NCBI RefSeq assembly: GCF_009914755.1
Contig: NC_060928.1
DNA: 64,000 nucleotides
Direction: 5' to 3' (one strand)
Source of the DNA: the human T2T-CHM13v2.0 reference genome, Homo sapiens
Part shown: one piece after another, positions 21,281-33,483 of the stretch
How the letters are laid out: each line of letters begins with the position of its first letter
Position numbering within the stretch: the first letter of the stretch is position 1
The notes under the pieces: model-generated
Told to the model about the DNA's origin: nothing
Database searches by the model: none
The model's input: the letters and a program-made list of their open reading frames with translations, nothing else
Made by a program: the position numbers and the translations under genes

Positions 21281-22044
21281 ACAGATTAGAGATTTAAATC
21301 TCTTATAATGCTTATATTTAGACATTTTAGAACTCTAAACTTAAAAAAAAAACAATTCTGCTTAATAAGAGATTTATCCCCAGATTATTTGAAGACACCA
21401 GGAAGAGAGAGGTCAGGGAAGGGAGTGTGGCCCAGGGTGAAGGTTCAGCGAACACCTGCTAGATGCATGCAGGAATGAACATGCCAACAAGCCTTCCCAC
21501 TGAATGCACCCAAGTAGATGACATGAGAATGCATTCTCTGTCTGCAACATTCTTGGCTTAACTTGCCACTGACTTTAGCAAGCAGCCATGCATTCCTGTG
21601 ATGCAGCTTTAATGGCCTTTCATTTGCTCACATTGGCTGAGCCCTGTGCAGAGTGGATGCCACCTCCCTTCCTGCAGCCCTGCCATCATGTCCCCAACTG
21701 TCCTCCCCCAACCCTCCTCCACTCCTGTCACCTCAGTTCCAACAATATCCTTCCTTCTCTTTTTAGCAGGGGATGGTGAGACTAATTTTTCCCCACCCCA
21801 TCTCGAAACTAAGGACTTCAGATTGCATCTTGGTGTTGCACTTGAAACATCCTAAAGCTAACCTGTAAGCTTGTGGCAGCTCCTGGGAGGTGGCATTTCA
21901 TAGCTTGGTTTATTTGCCAAGTTCCCTACACTCTTAGGTATCAAAGAATCCAGATGTTCAGTTTCTCCTAATCCCTGTTGATACCCTATTTTTTTTAAAA
22001 TAATAGCTAGCCCTGATTCCTGTATGTCTGAGGATTACAGCTAT

Positions 22045-22190
22045 TTTTTAAAATTTAATTTTTAAAGTTCTACTAGAGATGGGGTCTCACTGCATTGCCC
22101 AGGCTGTCTTGAACTCCCAGCCACAAGTGATCGTTTCACCTTGGCCTCCCAAAGTGCTGGGATTACAGGCATAAGCCACCATGCCCAGCC
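22045..22190 (-). mobile_element. Alu monomer (FLAM-like)
   Basis: left-arm only. Confidence 0.82.
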
Positions 22191-22490
22191 CCGATTTTGA
22201 GTTATCAATTAATACCAGCATTAAAGTAGGTGAAGTTCTATGACAGTTCATTTGGCAACTCAAAGCCCTGCTTTCCAAGAGCTTATTCCAGTGCTTTCAT
22301 TAAAAGAGGTAAACTGAAACTTTTGAGTTCATGTCACCCACATTAGCAATGTGTACGTGGGTGCAGCCTTCTTCAATCGCTATCTTTTTAGAATGAGTCC
22401 CTTATTTCCTAGGCTAATGCTTAGTTTCTTTGCAAAAGTGCATTCAGACTGAGGTAGCATCCACTTTTAATGCTTCTGTGCATTAAAAGT

Positions 22491-23517
22491 TGTTGCGGGA
22501 AGTCAGGGACCCCGAACGGAGGGACCAGCTGGAGCCACAGCAGAGAAACATAAATTGTGAAGATTTCATGGACGTTTATCAGTTCCCAAATACTAGTTTT
22601 ATAATTTCTTATGCCTGCCTTTACTTTAATCTCTTAATCCTGTTATCTTCATAAGCTGAGGATATACATCACCTCAGGACCACTGTGATAATTGTGTTAA
22701 CTGTATAAATTGATTGTAAAACGTGTGTTTGAACAATATGAAATCAGTGCACCTTGAAAAAGAACAGAGTAACAGCGATTTTTAGGGAACAAGGGAAGAT
22801 AACCATAAGGTCTGACTGCCTGTGGGGTCAGGCAAAAAAAGCCCTATTTTTCTTCTTGCAGAGAGCCTATAAATGGACGTGCAAGTAGGGAAGATATCGC
22901 TAAATTCTTTTTCTAGCAAGGAATATTAATATTAGTACCCTGGGAAAGGAATGCATTCCTGGAGGGAGGTCTATAAATGGCCGCTCTGGGAATGTCTGTC
23001 TTATGCGGTTGAGATAAGGACTGAGATGCGCCCTGGTCTCCTGACGTACCCTCAGGCTTACTAGGGTTGGGAAAACTACACTCTGGTAAATTTGTGGTCA
23101 GACCAGTTCTCTGCTCTTGAACCCTGTTTTCTGTTGTTTAAGATGTTTATCAAGACATACAGGCACTGCTGAACATGGACCCTCATCAGTGGTTCTGCTT
23201 TTGCCCTTTGTCCTGTTCCCTCAGGAGCATGTGATCTTTGTTAGACCCTTATTAGTAGTTCTGCTTTTTGCCCTTTGAAGCATGTGATCTTTGTACCTAC
23301 TCCCTGTTTTACGCCCCCTCCCCTTTTGAAACCCATAATAAAAACTTGCTGGTCTGAGACTCAGGCGGGCATCACGGTCCTACCGAAATGTGATGTCACC
23401 CCGGTGGCCCAGCTGTAACATTCCTCTCTTTGTACTGTCTCTATTTCTCAGCCAGCCGACACTTACGGAAAATAGAAAGAACCTATGTTGAAATATTGGG
23501 GGTGGGCTCCCCCAATA
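22491..23517 (+). mobile_element. MER11 (HERV-K11/HML-8) solo LTR
   Basis: starts tgttgcgggaagtcagggaccccgaacggagggacc; 1027 bp; 6-bp TSD AAAAGT (22485-22490, 23518-23523); AATAAA near 23337. Confidence 0.9.
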
Positions 23518-24095
23518 AAAAGTGGCCCCCAGAGGCTAATACAGCTTCTGGAAAAACATTTGCTGTTTCTGGGCACTGGGAAAGTCTACCTCACTTTTCA
23601 GCAGGTTGAGTAGGATGGCTCCACACACTCTAGAATAAAAATGAACGTGATAAGCACAATCACTTCAATTGATTCTTCGCATCAGACAGACAAAAACAAA
23701 AACAAAAAACCCCCTAAATTTTAGAGGTAGAATTAAGAAAAATAGAAATTTAAAAGTTTAAATACTTACTAGACTTTTTTCTGTATATCTCTTCCTTTAA
23801 GCTGAACCATAATTTCCAAGGGTACCAAATAAAGATTGTGACAAATAGTAAGTGGTTTTGAAATCTAGTGTGTGCGTGTCTCATAGAATCCAGGTGAAAC
23901 CCAGGGACATCAGAACTCGTTCCTCTTGTAATTGAAAGTTTGTAACCTTTAACCAACATTTCCCCATTTCCCCCAAGGGATTAAAGATATTTAAATCTTT
24001 TATAATATTTATGTTTAGGCATTTTAAAACCTTAAACTTCTTAAAAATGATTCTGCTAAATAAGGGAATTATCCCTTAGAAAAAGAACAAGAACT

Positions 24096-24405
<310 letters not shown>

Positions 24406-24427
24406 AGAACTAACGAATAGTGCCAGT

Positions 24428-25355
<928 letters not shown>

Positions 25356-26199
25356 CCCAATGTTCTTCCAAACACTGGAAACCGGTGGTGTGAGCACATT
25401 CCGGACTTCCAGGTTCAGATGGCGGAGGGCTACATTCTGCCCCTTCTTCTCCTGAAAATCAATCAAACAATAACTGTTTAAGTAAATAAAACATTATTTT
25501 AAAAAAGGAAAATGAATCTGAAACAGGAAATGGGGGAAAAAGTTAAAAAGCAATTCCATTTTCAATGCTTTTAAGAGGCGTTGTTAACTGTAAACCACGC
25601 TACAGCAGATGCAAGGATCGGGCAGCAGAGCCTGGAGGCCATGGGAACAGGCCCCTTTGTCACACATGGAAGGTAATGAAGAATGGGGTGAGTGGCAGGG
25701 ATGCTGTCTGAACGGTGTTCAAGCTGTTAGAATGCAGATTCTCAGCTCTATCCTGAGCCGCCTCGATGATGAAATAGACAAAGAGAAAGAAGCAGGAATG
25801 TTCTCGTAACCCAGAACTAGAGGACTAAGGGAATGACAAATCTCCAGTCCCCTTATCTGGCCAATTTCAAAATAAGAGCAATGATATTTCCCAGGCTGGA
25901 AACAGAAGGTCCTTCCTCGGGAGAAACTGAAACTCTTCAAAGATAAGACAAAGAAACGGACAAAGCAAGCTGGCCCACAATGTCACAGAGAAGTCCAGGA
26001 GCTAAGGAGCACAGTCATGGCTTTCTGTCAGCTTGGGTGCCTCATTAGGCTCAAGTCAAGCAAGAGGAAAGCCTGCAAGGTGAAAGGGGAGCAAGCCCTC
26101 CTGAAAGGAATATTTAAAAGCCGTCCAGGGGAAAACCAGGCAAAATGGAAGGACTTATTCTAAAATACATTTAGCAAAAATGAGATACTAGGGAGCTTC

Positions 26200-27930
26200 G
26201 AAACAGGAACAAATGCCTGTGTAATATAGAAAAGGGACAGTCAGGACCAGACCAGTCTCTTAAACATTAAAAATGACAGCAGAAATAAAACTGGTAACAG
26301 AAGGAACAGAAGATAAAAGTGGAATGAATCCCAGAAGGGGAATAAGACAAAGATGGACAATAGGAGTTCAATCAAAAAATGAGAGAATTTAGCAAGTCAA
26401 GCAACCTATAGTTATGAGTCTTGACAAGAGAACTGAGATCACCTCCTTTGAGAATTAAACGAAGAACTGAGAAAGCAGAAGGGAAGAAATGATCAAAGAA
26501 ATAACACAAGAACAGTCCCCACAACGTGGATTTTCATTAAAAACGGAGTAGCAATCCCTGGAAAAGGCCCACGCCAAGACACAGCAGCAGGAAATCTCAC
26601 AATGTTGTAGAGAAGTAGCATGTCCCCAGAAGAATATCCCCAAAGATTTGTGAGAGTCATATTAGGCCACGAATAATGAACTGGGACTAGGAACAACACT
26701 GGACTTTTCAATGTTAACATTTGAAGCTGGAAGACAGTGGGTTCCATGACTTCAAGATTCTGAATGTAATTTACCTCCAAACCAGAAACCTACACCCAAT
26801 CTATCAAGAGTAGAATAAAGACACTTTCAGAAACACAGTCACAAAAAATTACTTCCCATGCAACTCTTTCTCAGACAATAACAGGATATGCTCTATCAAA
26901 ACAAGAGTTAGGCCAAGAGAAAATTACAGAGTCCATGGTAAGGAGAATATTCCGGAACAACAACTATAGATGCCGAAGAGAACAAAAAAATGGAGTCTGG
27001 GCCACCAAGCCGAGGGGTTCCCTGAGGAGAATGTCCAAGGGAAAAAAAGGAGCGGACAGACTTCCTGCTGTGACCATGTACATGACAGGCTGCACTTGTG
27101 TTTTTCTTGGGCGTTCTCACACTCCTCCCTTTACAGTAGCAGCTAATCTGTCTGCCTGGAACAGTTCTCAGAGAAACCACGTGGTATTCTTCCTCATCAA
27201 CTTCAAGGTTGGACTCAAATGCCGCTTGCCACTGAGGCCTCCTGTCTTCTCAGAATGTCCCTTCCCATCACAACCCCTTCCCCGTCCCTTCCCATCACAA
27301 TCTCACACATTCCTTCCTCAATCACAGTCTCTCTCCTCAGCACTCACTACTATAAACACTACCATGTATCTCCTGATCATCTCCTCCTACCACCTGTCCC
27401 CACCAAATGTAAATTCCAAGATGACGGAGGACTTTTGTCTGTCTGTTCAGGCAAAATAATATAGTATTATTGAGGGAAAATGTTTTCTGAATACATGAAT
27501 AGTCACAAGTTTAAAAAATGAGTAAAATAAAAAGACAATTGTTAAAAAAAGAAAGTTGCTAAGTAAATGAAAATAAACATCATATACTGCTTGGCACAGC
27601 AGTGAATACTTACATAATCAAAATAATGGAAACGCTGTATATGGATTAATCCAAAAATTATAACTAATGGTAGGAAAACAAGATCAGTGGAGGTCTATTA
27701 GGTTACATGGTCTTCCTCCAACATCATAGGGAGTCAACAGGCAATTTCTAAATTTAGTGACTCAAGAAAGAATAATATATACATTTGAAAATATGAAAGG
27801 AAGAATGAGAAAAACAGCTTAAGGAGTTGTAACTGGGTACAGCAGGTTGCATGGGACTGCTGTTTTATTATATATATTTTAGCTCTCTTTGATGTTTTTA
27901 AACTATGTATTTATATTATTTGATAAAAAG
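26200..27930 (+). mobile_element. Highly degraded ancient L1/HAL1-like sequence with an internal L2 piece (~27130-27500)
   Basis: A-rich L1-like motifs (agaataaagacactttcaga..aaaaattacttcccatgca); tctgcctggaacagttct L2 motif. Confidence 0.45.
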
Positions 27931-28328
27931 GCATTTACTTAAAGGGAAAACATGTTTCTCCAAAGTTCTAAGAAAGCTTAATTGTTTGTCATTCATATCA
28001 TAGTGGCATATAGTAAGTACTCAATAAATGTGTTGGAAGTAGGGATGGATTTTGACTGTATAAAAATATATAAAAAATAGCTTCTGGATCTCACATTAAA
28101 TCATACAGTACTGTGTAAGTTGACAACAGAAAGGTATAATGCTTCACAGAGACTGTTTTTGATATAAAACATTGACAAAGGTGAAAAACATGTAAGCATT
28201 AAAATTACAACCAATAAATTCATACTAATTAAAAATGTATAAAATTTTCTTGGTTTTGTTTAAAAATATTAAAAAGTTATGCTTTTTACTTTTGTGGCTA
28301 TAGTTTTGAGCCGTATCAAGTAGCTATA

Positions 28329-28347
28329 TACTGCCACCTGGTGGCTG
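28329..28347 (-). promoter_or_regulatory. CTCF consensus motif
   Basis: minus strand reads CAGCCACCAGGTGGCAGTA, matching the CTCF core CCASYAGRKGGCRS. Confidence 0.75.
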
Positions 28348-28514
28348 GCTCCGCTTGGACAGCAGGGCTTTTGGTCAGGGTAGAGAGGATTTTCACATTT
28401 ACGCCTTGTCCACTAAAAGCAAATACATCAATATCCACCCTTCCATTCATCCATTCTTCTATCTCAGCCACTGAATCCTGAACAGGAGTATCAATGGGAA
28501 GGAAAAAGAGGCAT

Positions 28515-29322
28515 AAAGCTCAAGTATTTTATTAATAATTTATTGTCAGTAAGAAAGACTGGCTAATGGTAGTTTTCATTAAAAACCTTTACAAGACCAT
28601 TGCATCACAAATATACAGACACTATAAAAACTGTGTCATGGTGGTTTTGGTTCTAAACAGGTATGCAGAAGGTCCCCGTTACACTTTCCAATAATGAAAA
28701 ATGTTTATAATTCTAAATACAGCAACCCATGTAAGACATGTTCATGTATCTGATCTCTCCTTCATCCTATGTACAGCTAGAAATGAATGACTACACTGAA
28801 ATGTACTAACAAAATGTCACACTTCAGTGGAAAAAGACAGAATGAAACCCTGGTTATAGTAAAAAAAAAAAAATCAGGGTGCTAGATAATGGCACTGACA
28901 CCACCAAAATTCAGTTGAAACAAATGCACAAAATATCTTGGAAATCTAGTTAAAACTATGAAAAATCAAATCTGTACATAAAATTTACAAAAAAAAGAGA
29001 CAGGAAAATTAAAATAATCAAATCTATATAAATACATGAATCATGCTGACAACACAGGACTGATTTTTCGTTTGATTATTTTAACACAGACAGATGTAAA
29101 TCCCAAAAGACGTTGGGAAATGGCACAGCCGATGAAAACCTCACGATGACAGTAGTTGGGACACTGGAAATGGCTAGCACGTCCAGAGGCGCAGGATCCA
29201 GCGCAGCCATGCCCATTCGGCTCACCAAAAAAAGCTTGGAAGCACTGCTGCAAAGAACAGCGCGGATTACTCACATCACCTCTAGGTTCACTAAAGTCAG
29301 GCACTTTGGGGGGAGTTGAGAG
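28515..29322 (-). other. FAT1: FAT1 3'UTR (~0.8 kb; 3' end approximate)
   Basis: AU-rich, repeat-free stretch between the stop codon and the poly(A) signals. Confidence 0.88.
28528..28544 (-). terminator. Tandem AATAAA polyadenylation signals of FAT1
   Basis: plus-strand tttatt at 28528-28533 and 28539-28544; upstream UGUA elements (~28590, ~28614) and a downstream U/C-rich tract. Confidence 0.88.
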
Positions 29323-29951
29323 TCAGACTTCCGTGTGCTGCTGGGAATCCAGGGGCGGGATCGTCACCTCTTCGAAGTGGCCGTCGTCCCCGCTCTCATA
29401 GTCACTCATCATGACCTCGGACTCCACTTCGCAGCAGGCTGACACGTCAGAGCAGGAGGCGGTGGAGGCGTACACAGACATGGGCATGCTCTCGACAGCG
29501 GGCGCCTCGAAGTGTCTTTGATACCCTGGCGGGTAAGGGGCATGGGGTTCTCTACAAGTACTATTCTCACCAGTGCCTTTTGTTTGAGGTTCAGACATAT
29601 CGAGGGGATAAAAATTGGGCAAATACTGATTCAAGTTGAACCTCTGCCGGTTTCTTGATGAAGAACCCAAGCTACCCGCGGCAGGCATGTCTCTAGGAGG
29701 GTGGATGGATTCAAACTGATTGCTGAATTCGGGCGGTAACGGTGGTAGCTCATCAGCTGCGGGGAAGTCTTCTGGGGGTGGAGGAAAATCACTTTCGATG
29801 TCGTAGCCTCCAGGGTAATAGTCCGTATCGATGGCGTTTGGATCTGCTGAGTACAGGGGTGTCTGCTCATCAATCACCTCATAGTTGGGGAACTCTTGTA
29901 TGTCCGGCAGAGGAACGCTTGGCATCCAATCTGATGTATCCCAGTGATACC
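29323..29951 (-). CDS. FAT1: FAT1 exon 27 coding part (629 nt), C-terminal tail
   Basis: accaag|GG; GYHWDTSDWMP, DFPPPPEDF (EVH1/Homer-type ligand), PPGY, class I PDZ ligand HTEV, stop TGA at 29323-29325. Confidence 0.98.
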
Positions 29952-30419
29952 CTTGGTGGAAAAGAAAACAGATGTCAGTGTGTTTTCTCCTAAGCTTTTG
30001 TGCCATGGAAAGAGAGCTCAGTGTATCAAAGACACAAAGATGCAACCGCATTTATGCCTTCATTCAAAGTTCACCACTGGAAATTCCTCGTCTTTGCTTT
30101 GAAGACATCCCCCAACCCACTCCAGTTTAAAGACCCCTATGAACTAGGCTCTAGTTCTAAAATGTGGACTTACAGTTTTATGTACGCAACTAACATTCAA
30201 GGAAACAAAAGGAGTCCTAAGAGAAATGGGATGCTAGCATCTAAATTATATACATTTTTCTACAAATGATTCTAACCATCCTTCTGGCTTTTCTTCTGTA
30301 GAACCCACTGCTCTGTAGGAAGAAGAGTACTGATCCAGTCTCAGGACATTAGTGAAATATCCAGTGTCACTTGATCTGCACTACTTCTCATTAAAAAAAT
30401 ACTGATTAATGCAACTTAA

Positions 30420-30562
30420 AAAAATTTTGCATTTCTATTTTTTATAGAGACAGGGTCTCACTATGTTGCCCAGGCTGGTCTTAAACTCCTGGCCACAAAC
30501 AATCTTGCCAATTCAGCTTCCCGAAGTGCTGGGATTACAGGTGTGAGCCATCAGGCCCAGCC
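30420..30562 (-). mobile_element. Alu monomer (FLAM-like)
   Basis: left arm only; TSD aatgcaactt. Confidence 0.85.
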
Positions 30563-31098
30563 AATGCAACTTTTTAAAGTAATAAAAGTAACCTTTAACA
30601 TGCTAAAGTTTAGAAAATAAGCTTCCTTCATAATAATGTAGCAAGTTTAATATTAAAATTACTATTTTTCATTAACCCTCAGACAACAAATTAACTTAAT
30701 ATAGGTATGTATCAAAGCATGCCAATTCAAGCAAAATACAATTGAACAAGCGTTGCAAGATTATAACACAGCCTCTGATACACTGTAACAATCAATCTGT
30801 GTTACTTCCAAAAGGACTGTGATCCTTTTAGACTATATAAAGCACCACTATTTTAAAAAAAAACTTCCAATTTTGGAATAGTTTTTTTTTTTTCCTCCTT
30901 AGGATTTAAAAAATCCTTGGAGAGGCGGGAGAAGGTTAGGCAATCCGTGCTTCAAATGCAATGCGCACACACATGCAGCCGTGTACTTAGTTACTGCTGC
31001 AAACACTGGGCGACCCAGCGTAGTCAGTCAGCACTGGGGCAAGGCTTGACCCATTGTTTTTAGTGAGTATCAATGAATAACTGGCATGCATAAGTCAC

Positions 31099-31134
31099 CT
31101 CTTGGTTTGCTGAGGTCAGGAGCAGCCAAAGATT
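31099..31134 (-). CDS. FAT1: FAT1 alternative 36-nt microexon (+12 aa, ESLAAPDLSKPR)
   Basis: long U tract..caaaag|AA..AGAG|gtgact, phase 1-1, stop-free; fits the described FAT1(+12) isoform. Confidence 0.88.
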
Positions 31135-31829
31135 CTTTTGGTGGCAGAGTAGAAAAAAAAGAAAACATTTGTAATTAAAACAGTCGGCTGAAAAGGCAAT
31201 AAAGGTAAGTACACAGAACAATGAAAACTGCTTACAGAGGCCCAATCAGCCATACAGCATGTCCTTACGCCAGTATCTATGACAATTCCAAATGGCTGAG
31301 AAATGTATGTACCACAAATAAAATGGAATATGGAAGTGGAGGAAAGTGACTGCGGAATGAGGAACCAGAAATTTGGCCAGAAAACTCAAATATTACTTTC
31401 TTTTCCTTGTTTCTGACAATCACAGCCTGAAAACACAGAATTTCCTTAGGAATAATGAAAACAAAACAAACAGGCTCTAATAAAATATAAACTGATCAGA
31501 TTACATAGGTGATAATCCAAATACATCTACAGCTACATAATGCACACACTTTATAGCACACTGCAACTTCAAAGGACATTAAATTCAGAGGAATTCATAG
31601 GCAAACTTAGATACTTAAAGACAGATGTACAAGCTGAAGATCTCTCCAAACTGTATGTATTTTGAATATGCTTTAATATTGACACTGTGAGCCATTCCCT
31701 AAAGAGACCACGGCTACACTTACCCCATGTCTGTAATTACACTTGCCCTGCCAGGGCCCCGCATCTATACACAGAAGCCCAGCAGGAAGTGTAACCAAAC
31801 GCATGTAAATCCCACTATCAGTTAGGGCC

Positions 31830-31960
31830 ATGAGACGCCTGCCCAGGCCCTGGCTAACCTTCAGGTTCTCTCTTTGAAATGGGGTGAAAATCCGTTAGAG
31901 TTGTTATGAGGATTAAACAGGATCATGCAGGTTAAGCACTGTTAGAAACTATCAATAACT
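31830..31960 (+). mobile_element. MIR fragment
   Basis: tttgaaatgggg..agagttgttatgaggattaaa..aagcact. Confidence 0.55.
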
Positions 31961-32639
31961 GTGAAAGTAGACATCACAGCAGAAAAACGGTCACATCCGT
32001 GATTTTTTAAACAAGGCTTTCTATGCATTCAACAGTGTTATAATTTGGGACAAATATTTGATTGATAGTTCACTTCTAGAAATTTCAGTAATTTTAAAAG
32101 ACTGTGGTGTCTCTAAAACATGAATACGCCGGCATTTAGGTAACATGTATCTACAGAATCATTTTTAAGTCTAGTAACAAAAGCAGCAATTCCTTTAAAC
32201 AAAAAAAGATCAACAACTTTTGTTACGTAGGCACTAGTAATAGCTTTCAACTTTAAATTCCATGTGCACTTCTTGGATATGCCAAAAAATATTTGTCAAT
32301 GAAGGAGACTGCAATGAAGGAACTGTTGAAATTCTGCTTCTATAAGCTTCAATAATATTTAAAATGCTGAAGGTCATCAGTTTAACACTAAAACTTCACT
32401 AGACAAAATACAGGTATGTTTCTGATTTGCCCAGTGAAAACATGGTACTTCTTAGGAAAAGAAGTGTAGGCGTCATCAGTAACTATAACCATGAACACTG
32501 GAGTATCTAAGCCTCTTCTGCCTGATAGCAAATGGGGCCCAGAGCTATCCTCCCTCCTCCTGAACCTTGACAGCATCATGTCCTAGCATAAAGGATCCCC
32601 CGAACTCTATGATGACGTCTGTGTACTCGATGGCCTCTG

Positions 32640-32828
32640 TAAGCAGTTCTCGAGTGGGATCTCTAGACCGGCACCATCAGAGCTACCTGGGAACTGGTGA
32701 AAAATGCAAATTCTAAAGTCCCAACCCAGACCTGTTGGATCAGAAATGCTGGTGCTGAGAACCAGCAATTGGGCTTTTAACAGCCCTCCAGATGATCTGA
32801 TTCACATTACAGTTTGAAAAGTACTAGC
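32640..32828 (+). mobile_element. MER5A (hAT-Charlie DNA transposon)
   Basis: acctgggaactggtgaaaaatgcaaattct..cccagacct..tttaacagccctccagatgat. Confidence 0.8.
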
Positions 32829-33423
32829 CTGTGTCTTCCCCATGTGATGAATTTCAGTGCACTAATAAAGGGCTATTTTAATTTAAAATAATTTGGGGAA
32901 GGTGCTCAATGTCCTTTCTTACAACTCTGAGCAGATAAAGCTTCACATTAAATAATTTTCACTAAACCAAATATGAAAATATTCTTTTACCATGCTCTAC
33001 ACCCTTTTCTTTGATCATACTCAGGGAAAAACCAAAAGTGAAGAGTCAGTTACAGGTTAATTATGAAAGCTTTACATTATTCAAGTCTTATTCCTGTACA
33101 TACGAAGAAGAATTTTTGTTTCAAAAAAATTTTAGGTAAAATTACTTCTGAACTTTTTCTTGATTGCACCACCTACAGATAAGCTCTCCAGATCTCATGT
33201 AAATCACTATGAATGGTAAAAAGGAACAAAGACATAACATACATTGAGATATTTTTTGCAAAGCACTCATATTACGTATATACACACCTGCATAAAATAA
33301 AAGGACTCAACCCCCTCAAAACCACAAACTGTTTTTTCCTACCATTGCAATAGCAATGCGGCCGAGCTCTACGACACGGCTGCTGCAAGACACAGACACA
33401 AGCACGAGCACTTACAACTGTAC

Positions 33424-33483
33424 CTTCTGTGCTCACCGTGTCAACCACAGCATTGACAAGGTGCATTACGGTCACTATGGAAG
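33424..33483 (-). CDS. FAT1: FAT1 alternative 60-nt cassette exon (+20 aa, ASIVTVMHLVNAVVDTVSTE)
   Basis: ttttgcaag|CT..GAAG|gtacag, phase 1-1, stop-free, upstream CTAACTAAC; 20+12 aa fits the described FAT1(+32) isoform. Confidence 0.8.

Noticed and set aside
26935-27459. 174-aa plus-strand ORF
   Set aside because: Crosses degraded L1/L2 sequence and a short cccttcccatcacaa repeat; no recognisable domain
29952-30051. N-terminal extensions of FAT1 ORF-track entries (also 37903-38060) and read-through C-terminal tails
   Set aside because: Intronic sequence outside the GT-AG boundaries that keep the spliced frame
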